A stretch of DNA of 40,001 bases from NCBI GenBank assembly GCA_946998225.1, contig CAMPYH010000003.1:45900-85900 (forward strand). Direction: 5' to 3'. Positions 31,061-40,001 of this stretch are shown here, piece by piece (the first letter of the stretch is position 1; each line of letters begins with the position of its first letter). Both the position numbers and the translations under genes were made by a program. The notes below the pieces were generated by a model that saw nothing but the letters and a program-made list of their open reading frames with translations, did no database searches and was not told the origin of the DNA. The stretch is from an uncultured Clostridiaceae bacterium (GTDB taxonomy: Bacteria > Bacillota > Clostridia > TANB77 > CAG-508).

Positions 31061-31777
31061 CTACACCTCTTTGTTAACTTCTAAGAATATCTTTTCTAGA
31101 TCTTCATTATTATATTTTGCTTTTAATTCTTTTAAAGTTCCTACGAATATAATTTTTCCATCTTTAATAACTGCTATTCTATCACAAAGTTTTTCTACAA
31201 CTTCAAGAACATGGCTTGAGAAAAATACAGTTTTTCCATCTTTTACATGTTCTTTCATCATTTCTTTTAATTTAAATGATGCTTCTGGATCAAGACCTGT
31301 CATAGGCTCATCTAATATCCACACATTTGGATTATGTAAAAGTGCAGCTATAACTATTACTTTTTGTCTTGTACCATGTGAAAGCGTATTTATTTCATCT
31401 TTTAAATATTTAGTTATTCCAAAAGTTTCTGCTAATTCCTCTATTTTTTCTTTTCTTTCTTGTCCTACACCATATATATCTGCTATAAAATTAAAAAATT
31501 CTATAACTTTAAAATTTAAAAACATATCTGGTGAATCAGGAACTATACCAAATTCTTTTTTACACTCTACTGGTTCTTTATTTATAGATTTATTATTAAT
31601 TAATATATCTCCTTCATCCATTTCAAGTGCACCAGTTATCATATTTATTGTAGTTGTTTTACCAGCACCATTTGCACCAATAAAGCCAAAGATTTCTCCA
31701 TCTTTAATTTCTAAATTCATGTTTTCAATTACTGTTTTGTTTCCATATTTTTTTGTAACATTTTTTATTTCTATCAT
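31061..31777 (-). CDS. ABC transporter ATP-binding protein (ABC-2/DrrA-like)
   Basis: Walker A GANGAGKTT, signature LSHGTRQK, Walker B VWILDEP, H-loop SSHVLE. Confidence 0.93.
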   Translation of the reverse strand: MIEIKNVTKKYGNKTVIENMNLEIKDGEIFGFIGANGAGKTTTINMITGALEMDEGDILINNKSINKEPVECKKEFGIVPDSPDMFLNFKVIEFFNFIADIYGVGQERKEKIEELAETFGITKYLKDEINTLSHGTRQKVIVIAALLHNPNVWILDEPMTGLDPEASFKLKEMMKEHVKDGKTVFFSSHVLEVVEKLCDRIAVIKDGKIIFVGTLKELKAKYNNEDLEKIFLEVNKEV

Positions 31778-31789
31778 ATACTACACTCC

Positions 31790-32323
31790 TTAGTTTTCTC
31801 TCTTTGTTTCAGAAAGATTAATTAAATACATTGAACCTGCTGTAATTAAAACAATAACAGTTGTGTAAATTACATATAGCTTCATATTAGCATTTTTAAC
31901 CATCTCTGGATATTTTTGTACATTTTGAACATTTACTAAAAGTTCTTTATCTTTGTACTCATTTGTTAGTTTTTCTTTAATTTGATCTTTTTCTTTTTCA
32001 GTAATTTCTTTCGCTTTTACTCTAAATTCATTTCCAAATATATTTAAATCTTCTATAGCTGGATTTTTATCTTCTGGAATTATTCCTTTTATTTTAGACA
32101 TAATTTCATCTTTTGAGAAAGAAACCATATCTCCTTGTGTTATCATTGGAGCTTCACCTTCTTTTTTAGGTTTCATTTTTTTATTAATTGAGATATTTAC
32201 TCCATCAAAAGCTTCTTTTGTATATTTCTTTTCTATTTGAGTTCTAATTACAGTCATCATAACAATTAATGATACAATAATAACTATTTGAACTATAATT
32301 CTTCTAATATTTTTATTTTTCAT
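31790..32323 (-). CDS. two-TM membrane protein in the SecF position (possible truncated or divergent SecF-like)
   Basis: 177 aa: TM1 (IIVQIVIIVSLIVMMTVI), a ~110-aa loop, then TM2 (LYVIYTTVIVLITAGSMYLINL). It lies directly downstream of the SecD-like gene. There is no SecF sequence motif I can verify. Confidence 0.3.
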   Translation of the reverse strand: MKNKNIRRIIVQIVIIVSLIVMMTVIRTQIEKKYTKEAFDGVNISINKKMKPKKEGEAPMITQGDMVSFSKDEIMSKIKGIIPEDKNPAIEDLNIFGNEFRVKAKEITEKEKDQIKEKLTNEYKDKELLVNVQNVQKYPEMVKNANMKLYVIYTTVIVLITAGSMYLINLSETKREN

Positions 32324-32343
32324 CTTATCTTCCTTTTCTAACT

Positions 32344-33843
32344 TTAATCTCTAATTAAATTCTTAGTAATTAATGAATTGTATATTAATTTAGTTATTAT
32401 ACCTAAAGATACAATCATACCAAAACTTGCAAGTTCTATATGTACTGAAAATGTAAGTATTATAGCTATTATAATAACAGAAATCATTTCCTTATATTGT
32501 TTAATATATACCTTTGCAAAATCTACATTATCTTTTCCATTATCTTGAAGCTCTACATTTAATAAAACTAAGAAAATATATTCAAGAATATATACAAGTA
32601 TTATTCCTACAATTGATGCTATAGTAACATCTATATTTGAATATCTAAGGATTATAAGCATTACTGCTAAATATCCTGCAAGTGCTAGTGCTGATAAAAC
32701 TCCTTTTAAACCGAAGAATATAATTAGTGAAGCTGCAAGAATTATAAATACTCCAACTACTACTATAAGTAAAACTTGAGCTTTTTTAACATCTACTCTT
32801 CCTTCAATTAATTTTTCAGATAAAATATCATATTCAAGTGGTTTTTCAGCTACTTTTAGTGATGATTTCATTCCTTCAATTTCGCTTATATATTTTTCAT
32901 AATTTTCAGAATTTCTATCCACTTTACCAACAGCCATTTGTATTAAACCATTTTCTATTGGTGCACCAACTGGTCCTTTTTGCATTACTTCACCAGATAT
33001 TTTAACAACTAATTCTGGTGCTTTCTTTTCTTTAAAGTCTTTTCCTTTTTCCTTTTTTAGTTTTTCATTTTCTTCTTTTACTTTTTTATACATATCTGAA
33101 TATTTTGTTGTTACTTGTTTAAACTTTTCTTTACCTTCATTATTTAATTCAAGTTGTATAACTAAACCAAATCTTTGATCTTCTATTAATTTAAAGTTTT
33201 TTAAATCTTTATTAGTAAGATATGGTCTATCTGTTAGGCTATCCGCTACTTCAAACTTACCATTTTGTGTAAGTGCTCTTCTTATTATATTTATATCTTT
33301 AGCTGCATTTTGAGGAACTTCAAATATGAATTTACCTGTTTTTAAATCTTCTCTTATATTATAGCTTGTTATTCTTTGATCAGCTAAAATTGCAACTATC
33401 TTATTTCTTGTTGCTCTAAATTCATTTTCATTTAATTTATCTGCTTCATTATATCTTACTGCTCTTTTTTCAATCTTGTATTCATTTACTTTATCATCTC
33501 CAGATAAAGCTTTGATTTCATCTAAATTAGGTTCTTTTTTAGCTTCCACCTCTAGCTTTTTATCCTTTTTCTCATAACTTGGTACTTCTCTTACTAAATT
33601 ACCATCTTTATCTACAAATACATATTCATCTCTTGCAGATCTATTAGGTTCTATTTGTATTTCATAATATTTATCAAAATCATTTGCAAATTTATAGTCT
33701 CTAATTATATTTACTGACTTTCCATCTTTTTCTCTATAAATTCCTATAAAAGATAAAACACATAAAAATACTATAGCAAGTATTATTAGTGCAACCCTTA
33801 TAACTTTCTTTATATTTAAATTTTTCTTTTCTTTTCTTCCCAT
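32344..33843 (-). CDS. divergent SecD-like (SecDF/RND-fold) membrane protein
   Basis: One N-terminal TM, then a ~330-aa loop, then five C-terminal TMs. The loop block DRPYLTNKDLKNFKLIEDQRFGLVIQLELNNEGKEKFKQVTTKY...LVVKISGEVMQKGPVGAPIENGLIQM matches the SecD P1 pattern. VTIASIVGIILVYILEYIFLVLLNVELQDNGKD aligns to SecD [30 protein letters not shown]. The queA-tgt-(yajC)-secDF neighbourhood is conserved in many bacteria. The GLDLxGG motif was not found. Confidence 0.5.
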   Translation of the reverse strand: MGRKEKKNLNIKKVIRVALIILAIVFLCVLSFIGIYREKDGKSVNIIRDYKFANDFDKYYEIQIEPNRSARDEYVFVDKDGNLVREVPSYEKKDKKLEVEAKKEPNLDEIKALSGDDKVNEYKIEKRAVRYNEADKLNENEFRATRNKIVAILADQRITSYNIREDLKTGKFIFEVPQNAAKDINIIRRALTQNGKFEVADSLTDRPYLTNKDLKNFKLIEDQRFGLVIQLELNNEGKEKFKQVTTKYSDMYKKVKEENEKLKKEKGKDFKEKKAPELVVKISGEVMQKGPVGAPIENGLIQMAVGKVDRNSENYEKYISEIEGMKSSLKVAEKPLEYDILSEKLIEGRVDVKKAQVLLIVVVGVFIILAASLIIFFGLKGVLSALALAGYLAVMLIILRYSNIDVTIASIVGIILVYILEYIFLVLLNVELQDNGKDNVDFAKVYIKQYKEMISVIIIAIILTFSVHIELASFGMIVSLGIITKLIYNSLITKNLIRD

Positions 33844-33908
33844 TTTATCCTCTTCTTAATTTTTGATCTTAATTTAATTTAATTTTATTTTTATCTTTTG
33901 TTTAGAAT

Positions 33909-35738
33909 TTATTCTTTTTCCATATTCTCATTAGTATGGTTTTCTGGTTGTTCTGTTTGCTCTTTACTTTCTTTTTCTTGCTCTTTTCTTAATTTTTCTC
34001 TTTCTTTTCTCTTTTCTTCTTCATAGTCTATTATATCTACTTTTTCTCTTGAAACAGTTCTTTTAATTCTACCTTCAGAAGTTTTTACAAACTCTTCTTG
34101 TAAATTTCCTACTTCAGCAAAATATTGTACATTTCCATCTGTCTCTTTTTTATATATTCTCTCTGCAACTGCAGGATATATAAATTCATCTGTTCTATTA
34201 TCTTTAGAAAAATCTGCACGAATTATTCCATATCTTCCTACATTTATTCTTTCTGTAGGATCATAAACTTCAACTATAACTCCTGCATCTTGGTATCCAT
34301 CTGGAATATATAAAAGGTCTTCTGCACCATCTATAATATTATTTTTATTTGTTGTAATTCCTAATTGTTTTATTTTTCTTACATCAGTTATTTTTAATCT
34401 TGATTGATTTATTTTTAATTGTCTTGCAAGTTCCATTTTAGAACTTGGAATTTCTATTTGTCCCAAATCATTTGGTTCTACATATGTTGGAACTTTATAT
34501 CCTATTCCAGTAAAGTTTAAATCTGTTTGAGCAGATCCGTCTTTTAAAACTAATCTCCACACTTCACCTTTTGATGTTGTGTTTTGCATTACAGGAATAA
34601 ATTTATCCATTATAATTTTATTATCTTTGTTTAATCTATTTTCTGCTTCTTTATCATCTTTTCTAACAGCTTCTCTTTTTTTGTCTTTATTTTCAATAAG
34701 ACCTATTTGATTATATTCAATAGGAACTATTACCTTACCTTGATTATTTATAATGCCATATTTACCTTTCTTTTGTGCTAGATATAATCCTTCATCTTTA
34801 AAGTAAATATCTAATGCATCATAATCTCCAGCTTTAATTATATCTTCATTATTTTTCAGACTCTTAAGACCAAGTTTTTTATCTTGTGTTGTAAAATATA
34901 TGTTTTCTTCTGCTTGTATATATCTTATTTCTTCATATTGCATACCAATTATGTTTTCTATCATATTAGTTGAAACATCTCTTTTGTATACACCTACTGC
35001 ATCATTACTTTTTGAAGCAATAAAATAATTATCTATTATACTTTTTCTGTTTTGGTAAAGTGGGCTTAAACTTAAATCATTAGTTTTTAAGAATCTAGCT
35101 ATTTTCTTTTCAAGCTCATCTATTGAGTATATTCTTAATTCAGGTCCTTTTTGTACTATCTTAGAATTAAGGACATATTTTAAATCATCAAAAGAAATAA
35201 AAACTCTAGCTCCTTCTTTAATAACAGGATTTTTTAAATTAAATTCCTCTTCAGATATTATTGCATTATCTATTGCTTTTTTATCTCTAGGTTTTGGTTT
35301 CTTTTCTCCACTTTTTTCTTCACTTTCAGTAAGTTTTACTTTTCCTGTAACTTTGTCTACTAATCTGTCTTGAAAATCTGGAATTATTGTTTTATACATT
35401 TTTTTAGTATTGTTTGTAAACTGCATAACCTCATATGGAGTTTCTATATAAAAGCTATCTTTACTTTCATATGTTTCTCCATATACACCATTATTTATAT
35501 TAAACATATTAAGCGAATTAAAAAGTAAACTTACATCCATATATTTAATTTTATTTTTTATTACAAATGTTTTTTCTCCATTTTTAATTTCAACATTGTC
35601 TAATATTAATTTTTCTCTTTGTGAATTGATGAAAAATAATACTAAATATGCAAGTATAACTATTACTAAAATAATAGAATTTGCTATTAACGCTTTCTTT
35701 GCTACTTTTTTATATTTTTCAAGCTTTTTTTCATTCAT
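33909..35738 (-). CDS. hypothetical membrane-anchored protein with WG/KWG-like beta repeats
   Basis: 609 aa. N-terminal TM (ALIANSIILVIVILAYLVLFFI). Repeat-like segments are KKGKYGIINNQGKVIVPIEYNQIG and GRYGIIRADFS. The C-terminal tail is K/E-rich. Confidence 0.55.
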   Translation of the reverse strand: MNEKKLEKYKKVAKKALIANSIILVIVILAYLVLFFINSQREKLILDNVEIKNGEKTFVIKNKIKYMDVSLLFNSLNMFNINNGVYGETYESKDSFYIETPYEVMQFTNNTKKMYKTIIPDFQDRLVDKVTGKVKLTESEEKSGEKKPKPRDKKAIDNAIISEEEFNLKNPVIKEGARVFISFDDLKYVLNSKIVQKGPELRIYSIDELEKKIARFLKTNDLSLSPLYQNRKSIIDNYFIASKSNDAVGVYKRDVSTNMIENIIGMQYEEIRYIQAEENIYFTTQDKKLGLKSLKNNEDIIKAGDYDALDIYFKDEGLYLAQKKGKYGIINNQGKVIVPIEYNQIGLIENKDKKREAVRKDDKEAENRLNKDNKIIMDKFIPVMQNTTSKGEVWRLVLKDGSAQTDLNFTGIGYKVPTYVEPNDLGQIEIPSSKMELARQLKINQSRLKITDVRKIKQLGITTNKNNIIDGAEDLLYIPDGYQDAGVIVEVYDPTERINVGRYGIIRADFSKDNRTDEFIYPAVAERIYKKETDGNVQYFAEVGNLQEEFVKTSEGRIKRTVSREKVDIIDYEEEKRKEREKLRKEQEKESKEQTEQPENHTNENMEKE

Positions 35739-35804
35739 ATTTTAACCCTCTTTTGTATAATATATATATTTTAACATGTATATATCTCTCTTTCAATTGG
35801 AAAT

Positions 35805-35833
35805 AAAAAAAGAAACAAAAAGTTTCTTTTTTA
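35805..35833 (-). terminator. weak AT-rich hairpin after tgt
   Basis: AAAAAAAGAAAC-AAAAA-GTTTCTTTTTT lies 11 nt downstream of the tgt stop. There are only two G-C pairs. Confidence 0.4.
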
Positions 35834-35843
35834 TTAATAAATA

Positions 35844-36998
<1,155 letters not shown>

Positions 36999-37030
36999 TT
37001 ATTCCTTACTTTTTTCAATTTTATTTATAT

Positions 37031-38059
37031 TTAATATATATACATTGCATCACCAAAACTAAAAAATCTATAGTCATTTTTCTTAGCCTCTTCATATGCA
37101 TTTAAAATATATTCTCTTTTAGATAAAGCAGATACAAGCATTAAAAGTGTAGATTTTGGTAAATGAAAGTTTGTTATTAAACTATCTACTATCTTAAATT
37201 TATATCCTGGATAAATATATATTCCTGTATCTTCTTCACACTCTCTTAATATTCCGTTTTCATCTGATGCACTTTCTAAAACTCTTGTTGATGTTGTTCC
37301 GACAGATATAACTTTACCTCCATTTTTCTTAGCATTATTTATTTTATCTGCAGCTTCTTTTGTTACAATAAAGTGTTCTTTATGCATATGATGTTTTGAT
37401 GCATCTCTTACTTTAACAGGTCTAAATGTTCCAATTCCAACATGAAGAGTTACATATGCTATTTCTACACCTTTACTTTTTATTTCATCTAAAAGCTCTT
37501 TTGTAAAATGTAGTCCTGCTGTAGGTGCAGCAGCTGATCCATTATATTTTGCATAAATTGTTTGATATAAGTTTTGATCTTCTAAGCTTTTTGTAATATA
37601 TGGTGGAAGCGGCATAAGCCCTACTTCATCTAATATTTCATTTAGTATTCCATCATATATTAATTTAATTTTTCTTAATCCATCTGGAAGTATATCTAAT
37701 ACCTCTATCTTTAATTTATCTCCAACAAGTATAGTTGCTCCTGGTTTTAATTTGTTTCCTGGTCTTGCCATAGCCTCCCATGTATCTTTTTCATCTAGTT
37801 CTTTAATAAGGACTACTTCTACATTTGCTCCAGTTGTTTTTTTGCCATAAAGTCTTGCTGGTATTACTTTTGTATCGTTTAAAACAAGTACATCACCTTC
37901 GTTTAAATAATTTAATATGTCTTTAAAAACTTTATGTTCTATCTCACCAGTTTTTTTATTAAGCATCATTAATTTTGCTTCATCCCTTTTTTCAAGTGGT
38001 GATTGAGCTATATATTTTTCTGGTAAATCGTAATCATAATCTAAAATATCTATCATCAT
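37031..38059 (-). CDS. queA: S-adenosylmethionine:tRNA ribosyltransferase-isomerase
   Basis: [28 protein letters not shown], and [13 protein letters not shown] are canonical QueA blocks. Confidence 0.96.
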   Translation of the reverse strand: MMIDILDYDYDLPEKYIAQSPLEKRDEAKLMMLNKKTGEIEHKVFKDILNYLNEGDVLVLNDTKVIPARLYGKKTTGANVEVVLIKELDEKDTWEAMARPGNKLKPGATILVGDKLKIEVLDILPDGLRKIKLIYDGILNEILDEVGLMPLPPYITKSLEDQNLYQTIYAKYNGSAAAPTAGLHFTKELLDEIKSKGVEIAYVTLHVGIGTFRPVKVRDASKHHMHKEHFIVTKEAADKINNAKKNGGKVISVGTTSTRVLESASDENGILRECEEDTGIYIYPGYKFKIVDSLITNFHLPKSTLLMLVSALSKREYILNAYEEAKKNDYRFFSFGDAMYIY

Positions 38060-38201
38060 GTCCCCTTAATTTTAATATTTTTAATTATACCACAATATAT
38101 TATTAAATAGTAAATTTAATAATATTTATTTTTCCTTTTAACCATTTTATATTTTCCACATCTGTGGTATATTTTATATAAATAAATATATTGGAGAACA
38201 A

Positions 38202-39425
38202 ATGAAAGTTTTAGGAATAGTTGGAGAATATAATCCATTCCATAATGGACATCTATTACATTTAGTAAAATCTAAAGAAATTGTACATCCAGATTTTGTA
38301 ATAGCTGTTATAAGTGGTAATTTTATGCAAAGAGGTACACCTTCCATAATAGATAAATGGAAAAGAGCAGAACTTGCTGTATCTCAAGGGATAGACATGG
38401 TTGTAGAACTTCCTACAGTTTATGCAATATCTAGTGCAGAAGATTTTGCTGATGGAAGTATTAAAGTTTTAAAAGAAATAGGAATCATTAACTTCTTATC
38501 TTTTGGAAGTGAATGTGGAGATATAAACAAACTAGAAACACTTGCAGATCTTCTTTTAAATGAGCCCCATGATTTCAAACAACTATTTACAACAGAACTA
38601 AGTACAGGCATTTCTTATCCTAAAGCATTATACAATACAACAAAAAAATACTTTCCAAATGGTGAAGAGTTTGCATCTATCTTAGAGTCTCCAAATAATA
38701 CTCTAGGCATAGAATATATAAAAGCTATGAAGAAAAATAATCTTAAAGCAACTGTTTTAACCATAGGAAGAAATTCAGAATACTATACAGAAAACAAAGA
38801 AATAATAAACGGTATTGCAAGTGGTTCAACAATAAGAACACTTATAGAAGAAAACCAAAAATTCCATACAGCTGTTCCTTTTGAAACATTTGAAACAGTA
38901 ATGGAATGCAAAAAACAAGGAAATATTGTTTATGGAATAAACAACTTCTCAAACATAATACTATACAAAGCAAGAACAATGCCAATGCAAAACCTTGCTA
39001 AAATACAAGGAGTTACTGAAGGTCTAGAAAATAGAATAAAAAAAGCAGCAATTGAATCATCAAACTTTAATGAATTTATTGAAAACATAAAAACAAAAAG
39101 ATACACAGAATCTAAAATAACTAGAATCCTTACAGCAATGCTTTTAGATATAACTAAAGATGATGTAATACTTGCTAAAAAAACAAAACCATATATTAGA
39201 GTACTTGCATGTAATCAAAATGGTAAAATGCTAATATCTGAAATAGCAAAACAAAACAAACACGCAGATATAATAATCTCACCTGCAAACTATCTAAAAA
39301 ATAGTAAAGACAAAAACAAAAAACTACTTCTAGAAAAAGACATACTTGCAACAGATATCTATACTCTAGGATACAAACACAACTCTCCTGGTGGCTTAGA
39401 TTTTACAACAAATATTATGAGATAA
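38202..39425 (+). CDS. tmcAL: tRNA(Met) cytidine acetate ligase (YlbM/UPF0348 nucleotidyltransferase family)
   Basis: The N-terminus MKVLGIVGEYNPFHNGHLLHL (HxGH nucleotidyltransferase motif) and the ~400-aa length are typical of TmcAL. Confidence 0.85.
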   Translation: MKVLGIVGEYNPFHNGHLLHLVKSKEIVHPDFVIAVISGNFMQRGTPSIIDKWKRAELAVSQGIDMVVELPTVYAISSAEDFADGSIKVLKEIGIINFLSFGSECGDINKLETLADLLLNEPHDFKQLFTTELSTGISYPKALYNTTKKYFPNGEEFASILESPNNTLGIEYIKAMKKNNLKATVLTIGRNSEYYTENKEIINGIASGSTIRTLIEENQKFHTAVPFETFETVMECKKQGNIVYGINNFSNIILYKARTMPMQNLAKIQGVTEGLENRIKKAAIESSNFNEFIENIKTKRYTESKITRILTAMLLDITKDDVILAKKTKPYIRVLACNQNGKMLISEIAKQNKHADIIISPANYLKNSKDKNKKLLLEKDILATDIYTLGYKHNSPGGLDFTTNIMR

Positions 39426-39523
39426 AATAACAGAAAAAGAAGCATAAAAAAAAGAAAGAACAAACAAAAAATAAGAAGTAACAAAAGAAATAACAAAAAA
39501 ATTATAAACAAAATTATAAAAGA

Positions 39524-39565
39524 AACAATCACTCTTTTCTAAATTGAAAAGAGTGATTGTTTTTA
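39524..39565. terminator. strong bidirectional rho-independent terminator between convergent genes
   Basis: AACAATCACTCTTTTC (39524-39539) pairs with GAAAAGAGTGATTGTT (39546-39561) in a perfect 16-bp stem, followed by TTTT. Confidence 0.85.
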
Positions 39566-39649
39566 AAGATAATATATAAAACAAATAGTATATAAAACAT
39601 TATTAACCAATAGTGCGTTTTATTAGCAACAATATATTAATATAACAAT

Positions 39650-40001
39650 TTATTTCATAATCTCATACTTTTTAAAGAATACAGCTAACTTGTTCTTAGC
39701 TCTTACTCCAAGACCTAATATTGTACATATTCCAGCTGTTATTCCAAGCATCTTTATACTATCTGATCCGCTCATAGGAAGCGTTAGAACCGGACGTATA
39801 ATTATTGTAAGTCCAGATATCTCTGTAATATATCCTGAAGAAATATTTCCTTTTTGAATTGTGTAAGTAATCGGATTACCCGTTTTATCTCTTTCAGGAA
39901 GATTTTCAGAAGTTATATAACCAGCACTCTTTAAAAGTTCAATATCTTTTAAAGGTTTACCATTAGCAAATAGTTTTACTGGCACACTATCTAAAGTTTT
40001 A
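39650..40001 (-). CDS. C-terminal end of a sortase-anchored surface protein (partial; the 5' part lies beyond the window)
   Basis: The reading frame stays open to the window edge, and the ORF-track M is an internal GTG. The C-terminus is LPMSG + hydrophobic stretch (MLGITAGICTILGLGV) + RAKNK, which is the LPxTG-type sorting-signal layout. Confidence 0.6.
   Translation of the reverse strand, partial: KTLDSVPVKLFANGKPLKDIELLKSAGYITSENLPERDKTGNPITYTIQKGNISSGYITEISGLTIIIRPVLTLPMSGSDSIKMLGITAGICTILGLGVRAKNKLAVFFKKYEIMK

Noticed and set aside
31071-31793. 240-aa plus-strand ORF spanning the whole ABC ATPase gene
   Set aside because: The opposite strand encodes a textbook ABC ATPase (Walker A, signature and Walker B motifs). 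This ORF is a mirror-frame artefact.
39426-39520. About 95-nt purine-rich (A/G) tract after tmcAL
   Set aside because: It is a low-complexity A-rich spacer preceding the strong terminator at 39524-39565. It has no repeat periodicity, ORF or pairing potential.

Overview
This is a visibly very AT-rich, almost fully coding chromosomal segment of Gram-positive (Clostridia/Tissierellia-like Firmicutes) type. It uses the standard bacterial code: TAA, TAG and TGA all end conserved genes at their expected C-termini. Core content: the hrcA-grpE-dnaK-dnaJ heat-shock operon with CIRCE-like operators (5.7-10.5 kb), tcdA, an acyl-CoA synthetase, mscL, an ATP-cone NrdD-like protein, a VanW-family protein, an M23 peptidase, an ABC exporter pair, a divergent SecD-like gene, tgt, queA and tmcAL. 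There are also several lineage-specific K/E/N-rich single-pass membrane proteins and the 3' end of an LPxTG-type surface protein. The accessory part is a roughly 9.3 kb integrative mobilizable element (about 10636-19937), all on the minus strand. It sits between the hrcA promoter region and an aberrant tRNA-Gly-like gene. Its genes are a wHTH ORF, a 90-aa ORF, a large serine recombinase, oriT-like hairpins, a MobV relaxase, a type II restriction-modification pair, and a membrane-anchored KAP-family P-loop NTPase. Both the recombinase and the restriction endonuclease are interrupted by single in-frame TAA codons, which I found by hand translation. The island therefore looks immobilised, with an orphaned methyltransferase. 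The best candidate for an undescribed system is the island cargo, namely the KAP NTPase with an unusual N-terminal transmembrane module sitting directly after the R-M genes. Secondary oddities are the tRNA-like gene with an unpaired anticodon stem that overlaps the tcdA stop, a Cys-less NrdD homologue lacking the glycyl-radical domain, and an atypical SecD/SecF locus. All domain calls come from motif recognition by eye. No database search was run.
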